Below, piece by piece: positions 8,895 through 20,347 of a stretch of DNA of 64,000 nt (the first letter of the stretch is position 1; each line of letters starts with the position of its first letter). Source of the stretch: Waddliaceae bacterium. Its GTDB lineage: Bacteria; Chlamydiota; Chlamydiia; Chlamydiales; Waddliaceae. The position numbers and the translations under genes were made by a program. The stretch is from NCBI GenBank assembly GCA_963724325.1, contig CAVRUH010000005.1, positions 64,001-128,000 of the forward strand, written 5' to 3'. The notes beneath the pieces are model-generated. The model had not been told where the DNA came from and made no database searches. It was given only the letters and a program-made list of their open reading frames with translations.

Positions 8895-11609
8895 ATGATT
8901 TCATTTACATGGATTTATGGTCAGGCTAAATTTGAAATGATCGAAAATGGTTCTTTCTATACACTTCGTTCTAATAATCGAGATGTATCTTTTGAAATAA
9001 GGAATAGAATTAAAGATTTTATATGTTCTAGCCTTCCATTTTCTTCGACTTTTACTTTTTCACCACATGATGCAAAATCAGTTTTTTCATTTTATCTCCC
9101 AAAGTCTATTATTATTGATGAAGTTGTACAAACAATTCAACAAATTGTGGTGGGAAACTTTAAACAAATCGGTCTCCCAAAGCCTATTGAGATGATGCTT
9201 GTTCCTGCAGAACGAGCTGGCCCTAAAGTTCGGGTTGATTCTATGGCTCCCTTAAATAAACACATACAACCTCTGCTTGAAGATGATAACCGACTAATGG
9301 AGCAAATCAGCCTTTCCCTTAAAGTAAATGAGCTTTGTTTATTTCATTTTTTGAAAAAGAGTTTATCAAGAGAAGATGTAATAGTGATAAAACGGGAGAT
9401 AGAACAAGGAAATATTCTTTCCAAAAAACGATGGTCGCATAAATACCCTCTAGTGAGTACTAAACTTGGGATAACAGGAACTGATGACAAAGAACGAAAT
9501 GACGATGATTACGGTCATTGTTTTATTGGCTATCCTTTCGCCTCAAATGTCAGTGTACTCAAAGGTCGAGTAAACGTTTGTTTATCCGGTGGCAATTTAT
9601 TGCAAATCGCCTTTACAAATAGACCTGGAACTATAATCTTACCTTTCGATGTAGAAGAAATAAAATCACACTATTTTAATTTTTTAGGTAAAGAGTATTC
9701 AATTTTAGTAAATAAAAATGATATGGAAATTACCTATAAGCAAGAAAGTCGGAAGCTTATGTCTCACAAATTTGCGGACGAGACCTTCCTTACAGATGAA
9801 CATGCCTTACAGCCAGGTGTGAATGGATTATTAGTCATCCTCTCGCAATTTGTAAAGCAACTGGATGACATTGATCGACAAAAAATATTCCAGAGCAAAG
9901 GATGTTTACTTAGAGAACTTTTTAATAATTTGTTTTTATTTCGTACTCAAGTGAGCTTCCCCGGTGAGTTGCCTTACCAAGAATTTTCAGATTCAGATCA
10001 GCCAAAAGTGAAAATTGAGCGGCTAATTAATGAGCCTATTGTATACTTAACTGATTTAAAGGCATATGCTTCAATATTTAAGAAATTATATGCAGGAATC
10101 TCTGAATCTATGCCTGTTATATCTAAAAAAGTTAAAGACGAACTCTTAACAATTAATAAATTTTTCACTTCTCGTTTCCATGATGGGGTAAACTCATATC
10201 GCGATGCTTTTGCATACTTTGGAGGTACATCGGCTCAATTATTGATTCATTTTTCTCCAGAAATCAAGGATTTATTCACTTCAGAAGTACTTATTGCCAT
10301 AATGCAAATCCACAAATTTCGAAATAAGGAAGCAAAAGAATTATATGAGGGCTTGCTTCTTATAAAGAGGACTGGCAACACTGAAATCAGCTTGTTCTCT
10401 TTAATTGAATTTGGATTAAACAACCTTGACCCTATTCAACTGAGAACGCCTCCAAATCTCCCATTTAATACTTCTAAGGATGCTGCAGAGCTTGCTTACT
10501 TAGAACAGCTGAAAAGTATATACTTGTTATATACCCCCCTGATTTGCAATCTGTGTCATCTTTCAAATGAAAAGGCCCCCGAAGTTGAATTTTTACAAAG
10601 TAATCATATTGAGCAAACGTTAGCAAGGGGAATTGAACGACTCATTTATCCAATTTCTTACGATCCAGAGGCCTTTTCAAATGTCCATAACTATTGCTCT
10701 TCCGGTTTTTTTGAAGAGTTTGATCGCGGAATAAATCAATATTTTAATTCATTTGAGCTTATGGATAATCGAGTAGTCCATTCGCATGTCGTTGACTTTG
10801 TCAGGCGATTTGTAGATGGTTGTACCTTGCTAGAACCTCAATTCAAACACGATATTCTTGATCTAAAGCACTTTATAGCAGGGATGACAAGCAATGTATT
10901 ATATGCTTTTCGCGATGCTAAAGTTACTTTTCATGAACTGATTCTTAGATCTCTTTATGAAATCAAAAAGCAGAAGAAACTCACCATAAACGGCCAACTT
11001 ATTTTAGATGCTGTATATCTTTTTTTGAAAACTCAGAAGCCAACTAATTCGAAAAACATAGTTCCTGATCATGCCGAAATGGGACCCGGTGAAATGGGAT
11101 TTCTAGATAAAGTATTATCTGCAATAATAGATGAGAATGAGAGGGCTGCCATAAAAAAATGCACGATGCAACTCATCCCTGCCGGTCGAGGTGAGTTCTG
11201 GATAAGAACTATGGTGGATGAGCTGGAAAAAATCGACAACTCTCAGCGTGATGTCATGATGTCTCTTATACTTGAACTAGTGCCAATGAGTCTTGTTAAT
11301 CCTGCTTTAATCCGTTCTTTGAATGATGCAAAACCATCCTCTTGGAAGCCTATATTAGAGGCAATAAAGAATATTAATTGTACAGGATATGATATCCTGT
11401 GTATTCCAAAATTAATTGATCGTTTTTCCTTTTGTGATGAACAATCCTATCCTTTTATCGTACAATGTGTTAACCTATTGCAATTTCAAATCAAAAAAGA
11501 AGGCATTCTTTGGCTCGGCCTTTGCAGCATTCTAGATGCAATTCTACATAGAGTAATTCAAAGAAAGCTGGATTACAATTCAGAACAATATATTACTCTT
11601 ATTCCATAG
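8895..11609 (+). CDS. Large hypothetical protein
   Basis: Long uninterrupted ORF (~900 aa); start uncertain; no recognised family. Confidence 0.75.
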   Translation: MISFTWIYGQAKFEMIENGSFYTLRSNNRDVSFEIRNRIKDFICSSLPFSSTFTFSPHDAKSVFSFYLPKSIIIDEVVQTIQQIVVGNFKQIGLPKPIEMMLVPAERAGPKVRVDSMAPLNKHIQPLLEDDNRLMEQISLSLKVNELCLFHFLKKSLSREDVIVIKREIEQGNILSKKRWSHKYPLVSTKLGITGTDDKERNDDDYGHCFIGYPFASNVSVLKGRVNVCLSGGNLLQIAFTNRPGTIILPFDVEEIKSHYFNFLGKEYSILVNKNDMEITYKQESRKLMSHKFADETFLTDEHALQPGVNGLLVILSQFVKQLDDIDRQKIFQSKGCLLRELFNNLFLFRTQVSFPGELPYQEFSDSDQPKVKIERLINEPIVYLTDLKAYASIFKKLYAGISESMPVISKKVKDELLTINKFFTSRFHDGVNSYRDAFAYFGGTSAQLLIHFSPEIKDLFTSEVLIAIMQIHKFRNKEAKELYEGLLLIKRTGNTEISLFSLIEFGLNNLDPIQLRTPPNLPFNTSKDAAELAYLEQLKSIYLLYTPLICNLCHLSNEKAPEVEFLQSNHIEQTLARGIERLIYPISYDPEAFSNVHNYCSSGFFEEFDRGINQYFNSFELMDNRVVHSHVVDFVRRFVDGCTLLEPQFKHDILDLKHFIAGMTSNVLYAFRDAKVTFHELILRSLYEIKKQKKLTINGQLILDAVYLFLKTQKPTNSKNIVPDHAEMGPGEMGFLDKVLSAIIDENERAAIKKCTMQLIPAGRGEFWIRTMVDELEKIDNSQRDVMMSLILELVPMSLVNPALIRSLNDAKPSSWKPILEAIKNINCTGYDILCIPKLIDRFSFCDEQSYPFIVQCVNLLQFQIKKEGILWLGLCSILDAILHRVIQRKLDYNSEQYITLIP

Positions 11610-11704
11610 GCTTTATGAAAGTTTCGATAAGCGTAATTTTTCCGTTGATTTGAATATGCAATTCGTTTATGATGGATATCAATTTACACGAATTGGAGAA
11701 AATC

Positions 11705-12079
11705 ATGTACGCCATTATCAAAACAGGTGGAAAACAGTACCGCGTCGCAACAGGCGATGTGATCGATGTTGAACTGCTTAAAGCCGAAATAGGATCTACT
11801 GTAGAATTTCAAGAAGTTCTATTTACTAACGATGGAGCCGCTCCACAGATCGGACAACCTAATATTGCAGGTCTGATCGTCACAGGAGAAGTCCTCGGAA
11901 ATACCGTTGGACCAAAAGTAACCAGCTTAAAATATACTGCCAGCCAGCATACCCAAACAAAATGGGGGCACCGCCAGCATTATACACGCGTGAAAATCCT
12001 CGCTATCGGCGGAACTTCAGGCAAAAAAGCTGCTACCAAAAGAAAACCTAAAAACGAAGAACAAGAAGAGGCAGCATAA
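11705..12079 (+). CDS. rplU: 50S ribosomal protein L21
   Basis: [14 protein letters not shown]...[11 protein letters not shown]. Confidence 0.97.
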   Translation: MYAIIKTGGKQYRVATGDVIDVELLKAEIGSTVEFQEVLFTNDGAAPQIGQPNIAGLIVTGEVLGNTVGPKVTSLKYTASQHTQTKWGHRQHYTRVKILAIGGTSGKKAATKRKPKNEEQEEAA

Positions 12080-12330
12080 TGGCACACAAGAAAGGACAGG
12101 GATCCACCCGTAACGGTCGCGACTCCCACTCCCAGCGCCTAGGTATTAAAGTAGGCTCCGGAGAAGTAGTTACTGCAGGAAGCATCCTCGTGAGACAGCG
12201 TGGAACAAAATGGATGCCAGGAAAAAATGTGGCGAGAGCAAAAGATGACACCCTCTTCTCCCTCATCGACGGTATCGTCGCTTTCCGTAAAACAAATAAA
12301 ACCTATGTTAATGTAGGTACCGGCGAATAA
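12079..12330 (+). CDS. rpmA: 50S ribosomal protein L27
   Basis: [22 protein letters not shown]. Confidence 0.98.
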   Translation: MAHKKGQGSTRNGRDSHSQRLGIKVGSGEVVTAGSILVRQRGTKWMPGKNVARAKDDTLFSLIDGIVAFRKTNKTYVNVGTGE

Positions 12331-12339
12331 AAATTCTAT

Positions 12340-12372
12340 AGAGCCGCTATTAAAGGCGGCTCTTGCTCTTTT
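12340..12372 (+). terminator. Hairpin/attenuating terminator between rpmA and obgE
   Basis: AGAGCCGC-tattaaag-GCGGCTCT followed by a T-rich tract. Confidence 0.5.
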
Positions 12373-12381
12373 ATCAAAATT

Positions 12382-13365
12382 ATGTTTACAGACCACGTTC
12401 AACTACACCTCATCGCCGGAAAAGGGGGCAATGGAATCATTGCCTGGCGTCGAGAAAAGCGCATCCCCAAAGGCGGCCCCACAGGCGGCAACGGCGGCAA
12501 AGGCGGATCGATCATCCTCCAAGCCGATGCACAACTGAATGCCCTCGATTGGTTCCGCAATCGTCGAAAATTGAAGGCTGAAAACGGCTGTCAAGGTGGT
12601 CCCTACGAACAAACCGGTCGCGATGCCAAAGACCTCATCTTGAAAGTTCCCTGCGGGACCTTAATCAAGAATATCGAAACTGGCGAAGTGCTCCGCGATT
12701 TGACAGAAGATAAAGAAACTTGGGAAATCTGCAAAGGAGGGCGTGGCGGACGTGGAAATTCAACGTTCTGCACACCATCCAATCAGGCGCCGAATATATG
12801 CACTCCAGGTGCCTTTGGTGAAGAGATCCGAGTCGAATTAGAGCTTAAATTAATCGCAGATATTGGACTCGTAGGGTTCCCAAATGCTGGAAAATCGACC
12901 CTTATTTCTTCGCTTGCGAATGTTAAAGTGAAGATCGCTCCATATCCATTTACGACCTTACAACCCAATTTAGGCTACATTCAGAGGGAAAATTATACCC
13001 GCTTGATGATTGCAGATATTCCTGGAATTATTCAGGATGCGCACCAAAATCGAGGATTGGGATTAGAGTTCCTCCGTCATATCGAGCGAACAAATCTTTT
13101 AGTTTTTGTTCTTGATGCCTCGGGAATAGACGGCAGGACGCCAAGCGACGATTATCGAGTGTTGCGTGAAGAAGTTGCACATTACAATCCAGAGTTGCTT
13201 GAGAGGCCATATTTAGTGGTCTTAAACAAGATTGATGCCGAAGAATCCGTCGATAACATCAAAGAATTTCATCAGCAATATAAGTTTAAGTCCGATCAAC
13301 TTTTTGAAATTTCTGCCCTCACGAAAGAAGGCCTGGAAACACTCCGTAGCACTCTTTTAGCTTAA
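12382..13365 (+). CDS. obgE: GTPase ObgE/CgtA
   Basis: Gly-rich Obg fold, GFPNAGKS, YPFTTL, DIPG, NKID. Confidence 0.97.
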   Translation: MFTDHVQLHLIAGKGGNGIIAWRREKRIPKGGPTGGNGGKGGSIILQADAQLNALDWFRNRRKLKAENGCQGGPYEQTGRDAKDLILKVPCGTLIKNIETGEVLRDLTEDKETWEICKGGRGGRGNSTFCTPSNQAPNICTPGAFGEEIRVELELKLIADIGLVGFPNAGKSTLISSLANVKVKIAPYPFTTLQPNLGYIQRENYTRLMIADIPGIIQDAHQNRGLGLEFLRHIERTNLLVFVLDASGIDGRTPSDDYRVLREEVAHYNPELLERPYLVVLNKIDAEESVDNIKEFHQQYKFKSDQLFEISALTKEGLETLRSTLLA

Positions 13366-13451
13366 AAAATGGACAATATGGACATTAATGGACGTTTCTT
13401 TCTTTCTTTTTCCCCTTGCCTTTCTTGCGGTTCTTTGCTACCCTTTTGCGC

Positions 13452-14906
13452 ATGAATACAAAGGTGCACGTCACACACAAACCCAATAAGGAAGAGGCCG
13501 GAGGAGAGGTTAGAGGGCTCCCTTTGGTTTTTGTTTTTATTGTGGGTGTGATTCTTTGGTGGATGCCTCATCCGCAGGGGATTACAGAGAATGCTTGGCA
13601 TCTCTTTGTTATATTTTTAAGTACGATTTTGGGAATAGTTTGCAGACCGATGCCCGTTTCTTCAGTTGTTTTTGTCGGAATGACCATGACGTTGCTTACG
13701 GGGACGCTTAAATATAATGAAGTTTTAGCTGCCTATAGCAAAGATAGTGTGTGGCTAATTGTGATGTCATTTTTTCTGGCTAGAGGACTAGTTAAAACAG
13801 GTTTGGCAATGCGTATCTCGTACTATTGCATCAGGCTGCTTGGCAAGAAAACGCTGGGCCTTGTTTACGGTATCGGAGTCAGTGAGGTCTGTTTAGCAAC
13901 AATCATACCGAGTCTTGTAGCCCGTAGTGGCGGTATTATTTATCCAATAGCTTTGGCGACAGCTGAAAATATCGAAAGGGACCACAAAGGCACTTCTGTC
14001 GAAAGGACCTGTGGATTTTTAATGATGTCGGCGTTCCAGATTTCGAATATCAGCAGTGCGATGTTTATCACTGCAATGGCGGCGAATCCGATCATGGTGG
14101 AAATCGCACAACAAATGGGGATTAATATCTCATGGGGGCTTTGGGCTCTTGCCGCATTAGTACCAGGATTAGCGAGTTTGCTTGCTGTGCCCTATTTCTT
14201 GTACAAGATTATGGATATCGAGATAAAGGAGACTCCAGAGGCTCCTGCGTTGGCGGAAGAGAAATTGCGTCATATGGGAAATATTTCGCAAAATGAGAAA
14301 ATAATGCTAGGCGTGTTTATGGTCGTGCTCTCCCTCTGGATTTTTGGAGGCTATCTTGGCATCGAAAGTCTCACTGCTGCAATGATCGGAGTTGGGGCTT
14401 TGCTGATCACGGGTGTACTGAATTGGAAAGATTGTGCAAAAGAGGAGACAGCTTGGTCGACACTTTTCTGGCTTGGGGGACTCATCGCTATGGGTTCTGC
14501 ACTGAAGTCAATGGGTCTTTTTGATTGGCTGAGCGATGTTATGGTGCATATGGCTGGAGGCCTGCACTGGCAATGGGGATTGCTTTCACTAGTGCTGTTC
14601 TATTTTTATTCTCACTATCTTTTTGCAAGCAATACGGCCCATGTGACTGCTATGTTTTCGGCCTTTTTGGTGACTGCGATTCAATTGGGCGCACCAGGAA
14701 TGCTCGCAACATTGGCTCTGGCATACTCAAGCAATCTGTTCGGTGGCTTAACTCACTATAGTAGCGGCCCTGCACCCATTTTTTACGCCTCTCACTATCT
14801 CTCGTTGCAACGCTGGTGGCTGTATGGACTATTAACGAGCATTTTGAACATCATCATTTGGCTAGTAATTGGAGGTTTGTGGTGGAAAGTGCTTGGGATT
14901 TGGTAA
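13452..14906 (+). CDS. DASS-family dicarboxylate (2-oxoglutarate/malate-type) transporter
   Basis: IPSLVARSGGI, AMFITAMAANP, FASNTAHVTAM, LTHYSSGPAPI, WWKVLG. Confidence 0.92.
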   Translation: MNTKVHVTHKPNKEEAGGEVRGLPLVFVFIVGVILWWMPHPQGITENAWHLFVIFLSTILGIVCRPMPVSSVVFVGMTMTLLTGTLKYNEVLAAYSKDSVWLIVMSFFLARGLVKTGLAMRISYYCIRLLGKKTLGLVYGIGVSEVCLATIIPSLVARSGGIIYPIALATAENIERDHKGTSVERTCGFLMMSAFQISNISSAMFITAMAANPIMVEIAQQMGINISWGLWALAALVPGLASLLAVPYFLYKIMDIEIKETPEAPALAEEKLRHMGNISQNEKIMLGVFMVVLSLWIFGGYLGIESLTAAMIGVGALLITGVLNWKDCAKEETAWSTLFWLGGLIAMGSALKSMGLFDWLSDVMVHMAGGLHWQWGLLSLVLFYFYSHYLFASNTAHVTAMFSAFLVTAIQLGAPGMLATLALAYSSNLFGGLTHYSSGPAPIFYASHYLSLQRWWLYGLLTSILNIIIWLVIGGLWWKVLGIW

Positions 14907-15034
14907 TTTAAAATTAAAATTTGATTCGCAACCAATTTGGGTTATTAGGTTTATGGAATTTTCTTGTCAAAATTTCATTTCAAATGTATGATCGATAATT
15001 CGACCCGATGTAAAAAGTAAAATGAGGAGGTTCC

Positions 15035-16396
15035 ATGGATAATCTGAACGTTGTAGTAGAGGATATTAGAAATTGGGTGTGGGGAGCACCTCTTTTGTTC
15101 CTTTTATTGGGGACTGGCGCTTACTTGACATTTTTGCTGAGGGGAATGCAAATCCGTTATTTGGGTTATGCTATTGTCCAAGTTTTCTCTAGAAGACGAA
15201 AAGATGCCGTAGGTGATATCAGCCATTTTGAGGCTTTGATGACAACATTAGCCGGTGCTATTGGAACGGGAGCTATTGTTGGGGTCGCTTCAGCTGTGAT
15301 GGTTGGGGGATTAGGTTCTTTGTTTTGGATGTGGATAACCGCCTTCTTTGGAATGGCAACAAAATATGCGGAATCACTGCTGGCAGTTAAATATCGAGAT
15401 ATTGATCGACGTGGCGAAATGATTGGCGGGCCCATGGAGTATATGGAAAAGGGTTTGGGCATGAAGTGGATGGCTGTTATATTTGCTATTTTTGGAACGG
15501 TAGCTGTCTTTGGCACAGGACTCCTTGTTCAGGTAAATTCCATGGCGCATGCATTAGGGGCAGTTTGGCAAATCGATCCTTGGGTTTCTGGAATCGTGAT
15601 TGCTATTTTGACCGGTCTTGTGATAATTGGCGGGGTTAGAAGTATCGGACATGTCGCTGGGGTATTGGTCCCTTTTATGGCCTTATTCTATTTGGCTGGA
15701 GGGTGCTATATTCTATTCCTGAATTATGCCAAATTGCCAGCGGCATTTATGAACATTATTACTAGCGCTTTTAATCCCTCAGCTGCCTTGGGTGGAGCCG
15801 CAGGCATCGGACTAATGTCTGTGATTCAAATGGGTGTTTCACGAAGTGTTTTCTCAAATGAGGCGGGACTTGGAGTTTCATCGATTGCGGCAGCGGCGGC
15901 GAAAACTGATTCGCCAGGAAGACAGGGGATGATTACCATGACAGGTGCCCTTCTTTCGACAATTATTGTTTGCACTGTGACGGGACTTGTTCTTGCTGTA
16001 ACTGGTGTTTTGGAACGACCCGAACTTGCGAATTTAAATGGAGCAGCGATTGCTATTGAAGCTTTTAATAGCAGTTTTGCAGGTGGAAGTTATGTGGTAT
16101 CGATTGGATTGCTTCTATTTGCATTTTCTACTGTCATCGCATGGGCTTACTATGGTGAAAAGTGCTTCGAGTATCTTTTTGGTGAGAAGTCGGTGATTTT
16201 CTACCGCATCTTATTTACATTATTGGTCATTCCCGGAGCTGCGATTGAGATGGGTGTTGCTTGGTCCTTAGCTGATATAGCGAATGGCCTCATGGCGATT
16301 CCCAATTTGATAGCCCTAATTCTTCTGTCGAAGGTCATTGTCGAAGAAACCAACAAGTTCATCGCCACCATCAGGGAAGAAAGAAAAGCATCTTAA
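15035..16396 (+). CDS. Alanine/glycine:cation symporter (AGCS)
   Basis: LAGAIGTGAI, KYAESLLAVKYR, GGPMEY, RSVFSNEAGLG, MAIPNLI. Confidence 0.93.
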   Translation: MDNLNVVVEDIRNWVWGAPLLFLLLGTGAYLTFLLRGMQIRYLGYAIVQVFSRRRKDAVGDISHFEALMTTLAGAIGTGAIVGVASAVMVGGLGSLFWMWITAFFGMATKYAESLLAVKYRDIDRRGEMIGGPMEYMEKGLGMKWMAVIFAIFGTVAVFGTGLLVQVNSMAHALGAVWQIDPWVSGIVIAILTGLVIIGGVRSIGHVAGVLVPFMALFYLAGGCYILFLNYAKLPAAFMNIITSAFNPSAALGGAAGIGLMSVIQMGVSRSVFSNEAGLGVSSIAAAAAKTDSPGRQGMITMTGALLSTIIVCTVTGLVLAVTGVLERPELANLNGAAIAIEAFNSSFAGGSYVVSIGLLLFAFSTVIAWAYYGEKCFEYLFGEKSVIFYRILFTLLVIPGAAIEMGVAWSLADIANGLMAIPNLIALILLSKVIVEETNKFIATIREERKAS

Positions 16397-16403
16397 AAAA
16401 TCA

Positions 16404-17319
16404 CATCTTACACATCCAGCCGCTTGCGATCATTGATATTGATACCTGGTTAAACGCCCTACAAAAGGAAAACAGGATATGAAGGATCGCAAGCGGCAGG
16501 ATATGAAGGATGTTAGGAAGATGATGTCAATTACTTTTTATTTTAAAGCAGGGTAAGAAGTTACATAAATCATTCATATCCTGCCGCTTGCGATCATTGA
16601 TATTGATACCTGGTTAAACGCCCTACAAAAGGAAAACAGGATACGAAGGATCGCAAGCGGCAGGATATGAAGGATATTAGGAAGATGATGTCAATTACTT
16701 TTTATTTTAAAGCAGGGTAAGAAGTTACATAAATCATTCATATCCTGCCGCTTGCGATCATTGATATTGATACCTGGTTAAACGCCCTACAAAAGGAAAA
16801 CAGGATATGAAGGATCGCAAGCGGCAGGATATGAAGGATGTTAGGAAGATGATGTCAATTACTTTTTATTTTAAAGCAGGGTAAGAAGTTACATAAATCA
16901 TTCATATCCTGCCGCTTGCGATCATTGATATTGATACCTGGTTAAACGCCCTACAAAAGGAAAACAGGATACGAAGGATCGCAAGCGGCAGGATATGAAG
17001 GATATTAGGAAGATGATGTCAATTACTTTTTATTTTAAAGCAGGGTAAGAAGTTACATAAATCATTCATATCCTGCCGCTTGCGATCATTGATATTGATA
17101 CCTGGTTAAACGCCCTACAAAAGGAAAACAGGATATGAAGGATCGCAAGCGGCAGGATATGAAGGATGTTAGGAAGATGATGTCAATTACTTTTTATTTT
17201 AAAGCAGGGTAAGAAGTTACATAAATCATTCATATCCTGCCGCTTGCGATCATGCATATCCTGTTATTCCTTAAAAGAACAGGATATGCATGGTCCCAAG
17301 TGGCTGGATGCGTAGGATG
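16404..17319. repeat. Tandem array of five 164-bp units carrying inverted REP-like motifs, with imperfect terminal inverted repeats
   Basis: CGCTTGCGATCA recurs at 16421, 16585, 16749, 16913, 17077 and 17241; ends CATCTTACACATCCAGCCGCTTG / CAAGTGGCTGGATGCGTAGGATG. Confidence 0.95.
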
Positions 17320-17365
17320 GGAAATAAAGAAGGAAGTATTGTTGTTTAGGGTTTGCTCCTAAGTT

Positions 17366-20201
17366 TTAAAGTGTTGTGAGCTGTATCAGCTTTGTGCGGA
17401 TTTCCTCTAGTTTGCTTTCTGTCTGCATCAATAAGTCTCTTTGCTTTTGTATGAGGGCCGGCGGAGCACGGTCTACAAATTCTTTGTTATCTAGCTGAAC
17501 TCGTATTTTTTCAATGGATGCAACCACTTTTTCTTGCTCTTTTTCAAGACGAGCAACCTCTGATTCTTTGAGCTCAGAGGGCATAGGAATCATCACTTTA
17601 AGGCCTTCTGCCATTGCTGTCGAGGCAAATCCAATGTGTTCTGGAAGGACTGTATGGAAATGCAAAGAACTAATCCGAACAAGAGCTATGGCTATATTAC
17701 CGTGCTTTTTGACCATATTAAAGGAAGGATCATTCTCGGATCCTACGACATGAACATCAACTCCTGTTCCGGGGGGGGATCTTCATTTCACCACGGATAT
17801 TTCGAATGGCATAGACAACTTCGCCTAATACTTTAAAAGAGCGATTGATTTCATCATTCATATCACTGCTTCTAATTACTTTTGGAAAAGGTGAAACAAT
17901 GCAAGCTTCAGCCTGAAGTGCAATAATTGTTTCTTCCGTATAGGGATCTAGTTTATTGCCGAGTTTAATCCCTGCAAAGTGATCTTTGAGGTCCTGGAAA
18001 AGCTCTTCTGTTATAAAGGGAGCCATCGGATGTATCAGTCGAATGGAATTGCAAAGCAATATGACCAAGAGCTTCTGCTTGTTTTTCCTTTGTTCTTGAG
18101 TCCCAATTTTTCCAAATAATACTGGCTTGGCAATTTCAAGATAGTACGAACAGAATTCATTCCAGAAGAAGTCGTAAGAACCTTGCGCAGCTTGATCAAA
18201 CTGGTATCCTTCCAAGCTGGAATTCACATCGGCATTGATTTTATTGAGAACAGAAAGTATCCATTTGTCTTCCAAAGACAAAAGTGACTCATCAAGCCCT
18301 TTTGATAACTCTTCTGATGTCAACGGCGCCTCACCCCCCAAGTTCATAAATACAAATCGGGCTCCGTTCCAAATCTTATTCGTAAAATTTTTGAACTCTT
18401 CAAAGCGTCTTCTGTCCAAATCGATTTGCCATGCCTGACTGGCACTTGCGCAGAGTGCCATGCGAAGGGCATCGGTTCCATACTGATCAATGATTTCAAG
18501 AGGATCAATAACGTTGCCTTTGGACTTCGACATCTTTTCCCATTTGAAGTGTACTTCTTTCGGCGTTGGTTTGCCAAGGTCGTAGTCTAGTCTTTCTTGA
18601 CCGGAGACATACTCAATACCACCTTCTTTTTTCTCGCGCCAATATGATTTTCCAAAGATCAGACTATGCAAATAAACTTCTGGAAACGGCGGCTTGTCAA
18701 AAACGTATTCTCCCATCAGGATCATACGAGCTACCCAGAAAAAGAGGATATCATGTCCTGTGACCATGACAGAGTTTGGATAATATTTTTTGAGCTCAGA
18801 AGTATCTTCGGGCCAGCCTAAAGTGGCAAAAGGCCATAGGGCTGAAGAAAACCAGGTATCGAGCACATCAGGATCTTGCACCCATTCGTCCGGATTTGGC
18901 TCAATAGTGTCAATGCAGCAAATCATTTGATCGGGATTTTTTTCGTTGTACCATATGGGGATTCTATGCCCCCACCAAAGTTGACGGCTTATGCACCAGT
19001 CCCTAAGGTTGTCAATCCAGTGAAAATAAGTATTTTGCCAGCTCGAAGGGATCAGGTCAACCCTTCCTTCTTGGACAGCTTCACGTAACTTGAGGCCGAA
19101 TTCTTCCATGCGGACGAACCACTGTTTAGATAAATAGGGCTCTATAACTGCTTTTGAACGGTATGAGACTCCTACGCGGTTTATATATGGTTCAATTTTT
19201 TCAACGAGATTAAGTGCCTTCATCTCGTTTACAATGGCTTCACGAGCCTCTGCCATTGTCAGTCCTGCAAACTTTCCTCCATTGATGTTGATTCTTCCAT
19301 TCGGTTCCATGATGTTAATAAATGGAAGGTTGTGTCGGTGGCCAATTTCGTAGTCGTTGGGGTCATGTGCGGGGGTCACTTTTACCATTCCAGTTCCGAA
19401 TTCAGGATCCACGTGGTCATCGGCGATGATTGGGATCTCCCTATCCATAAGTGGAAGAAGGATTGTTTTTCCGACATAGTCTGCCCAGTGTGCATCGCGA
19501 GGTGATACGGCTACTGCAGTATCACCAAGCATAGTTTCCGGCCTCGTAGTGGCAATATTTGCGTATCCGGAACCATCTGTCAGTGGGTATTTGAAGTAGT
19601 AAAGGAAGCCTTGTCGTTCTTCGTATTCCACTTCGTCATCTGCAAGTGCTGTTTGCGTCTGCGGGTCCCAATTGACTAGGTAATCGCCCCTTGTAATGAG
19701 TCCCTCGTCATAAAGTTTTTTAAATATGGTTTTTACAGCAAGGTTGTTTCCGGAGTCCATGGTAAAACGTGTGCGATCCCAATCACAGGAGCATCCTAGT
19801 TTTTTTAGCTGATTAAGAATAAGTGATTCATTTTTTTCTTTCCATTGCCAGACATGCTTGAGAAATTCTTCACGAGTAAAATCGCCTCGTCTTTTCCCTA
19901 AGGTTTTGATCAGGTGCCGTTCGACGACTGTTTGTGTGGCTATTCCGGCGTGATCGGTTCCAGGGACCCATAGGGCATCGAATCCTAACATTCTTTTCCA
20001 TCGAATGAGAACGTCTTCGAGTGTTCCTCCAAGAGCGTGCCCCATATGCAGCATTCCGGTCACGTTAGGCGGTGGGATGACGATGCAGTAGGGTGGTTTT
20101 TTTGATGTGGGGTCTGCCTTAAAGTAGCCGCCTTTTTCCCAAAAGTGGTACCATTTCGAATCGATAGTCTTTGGCTCGTATGCCTTTGGTATTTCTTTCA
20201 T
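17366..20201 (-). CDS. valS: Valine--tRNA ligase, frameshifted in a G8 run at 17771-17778
   Basis: PPPNVTG, HMGH, KMSKS and DWCISRQLWWGH; C-terminal coiled coil (FVDRAPPALI) continues in another frame; removing one base from the run restores the frame. Confidence 0.95.
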
Positions 20202-20347
20202 TTTTTAACTCCAATGCACCAAAGAGTATCAGATTTCCGCTAAGAATTGAAGCGGAAAATTTTTCCTTGAAGTTAATCTTAATGATACTATATAATGACC
20301 ATAATAAATTCTTAATAATTGCTATATAATAAATAGGAAAAAATTAA

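Noticed and set aside
238..11609. Prophage or integrative element at tRNA-Phe
   Set aside because: The genes are accessory-like, but I found no integrase, phage genes or duplicated tRNA 3' end in the window
16404..17319. CRISPR array interpretation of the tandem arrays (also 46779-47703)
   Set aside because: The intervening sequences are identical rather than unique spacers, the cores occur in inverted pairs, and no cas genes are present
20233..20260. TTTCCGCT...AGCGGAAA hairpin upstream of valS as a T-box or attenuator
   Set aside because: The intergenic region is too short and no T-box consensus is seen
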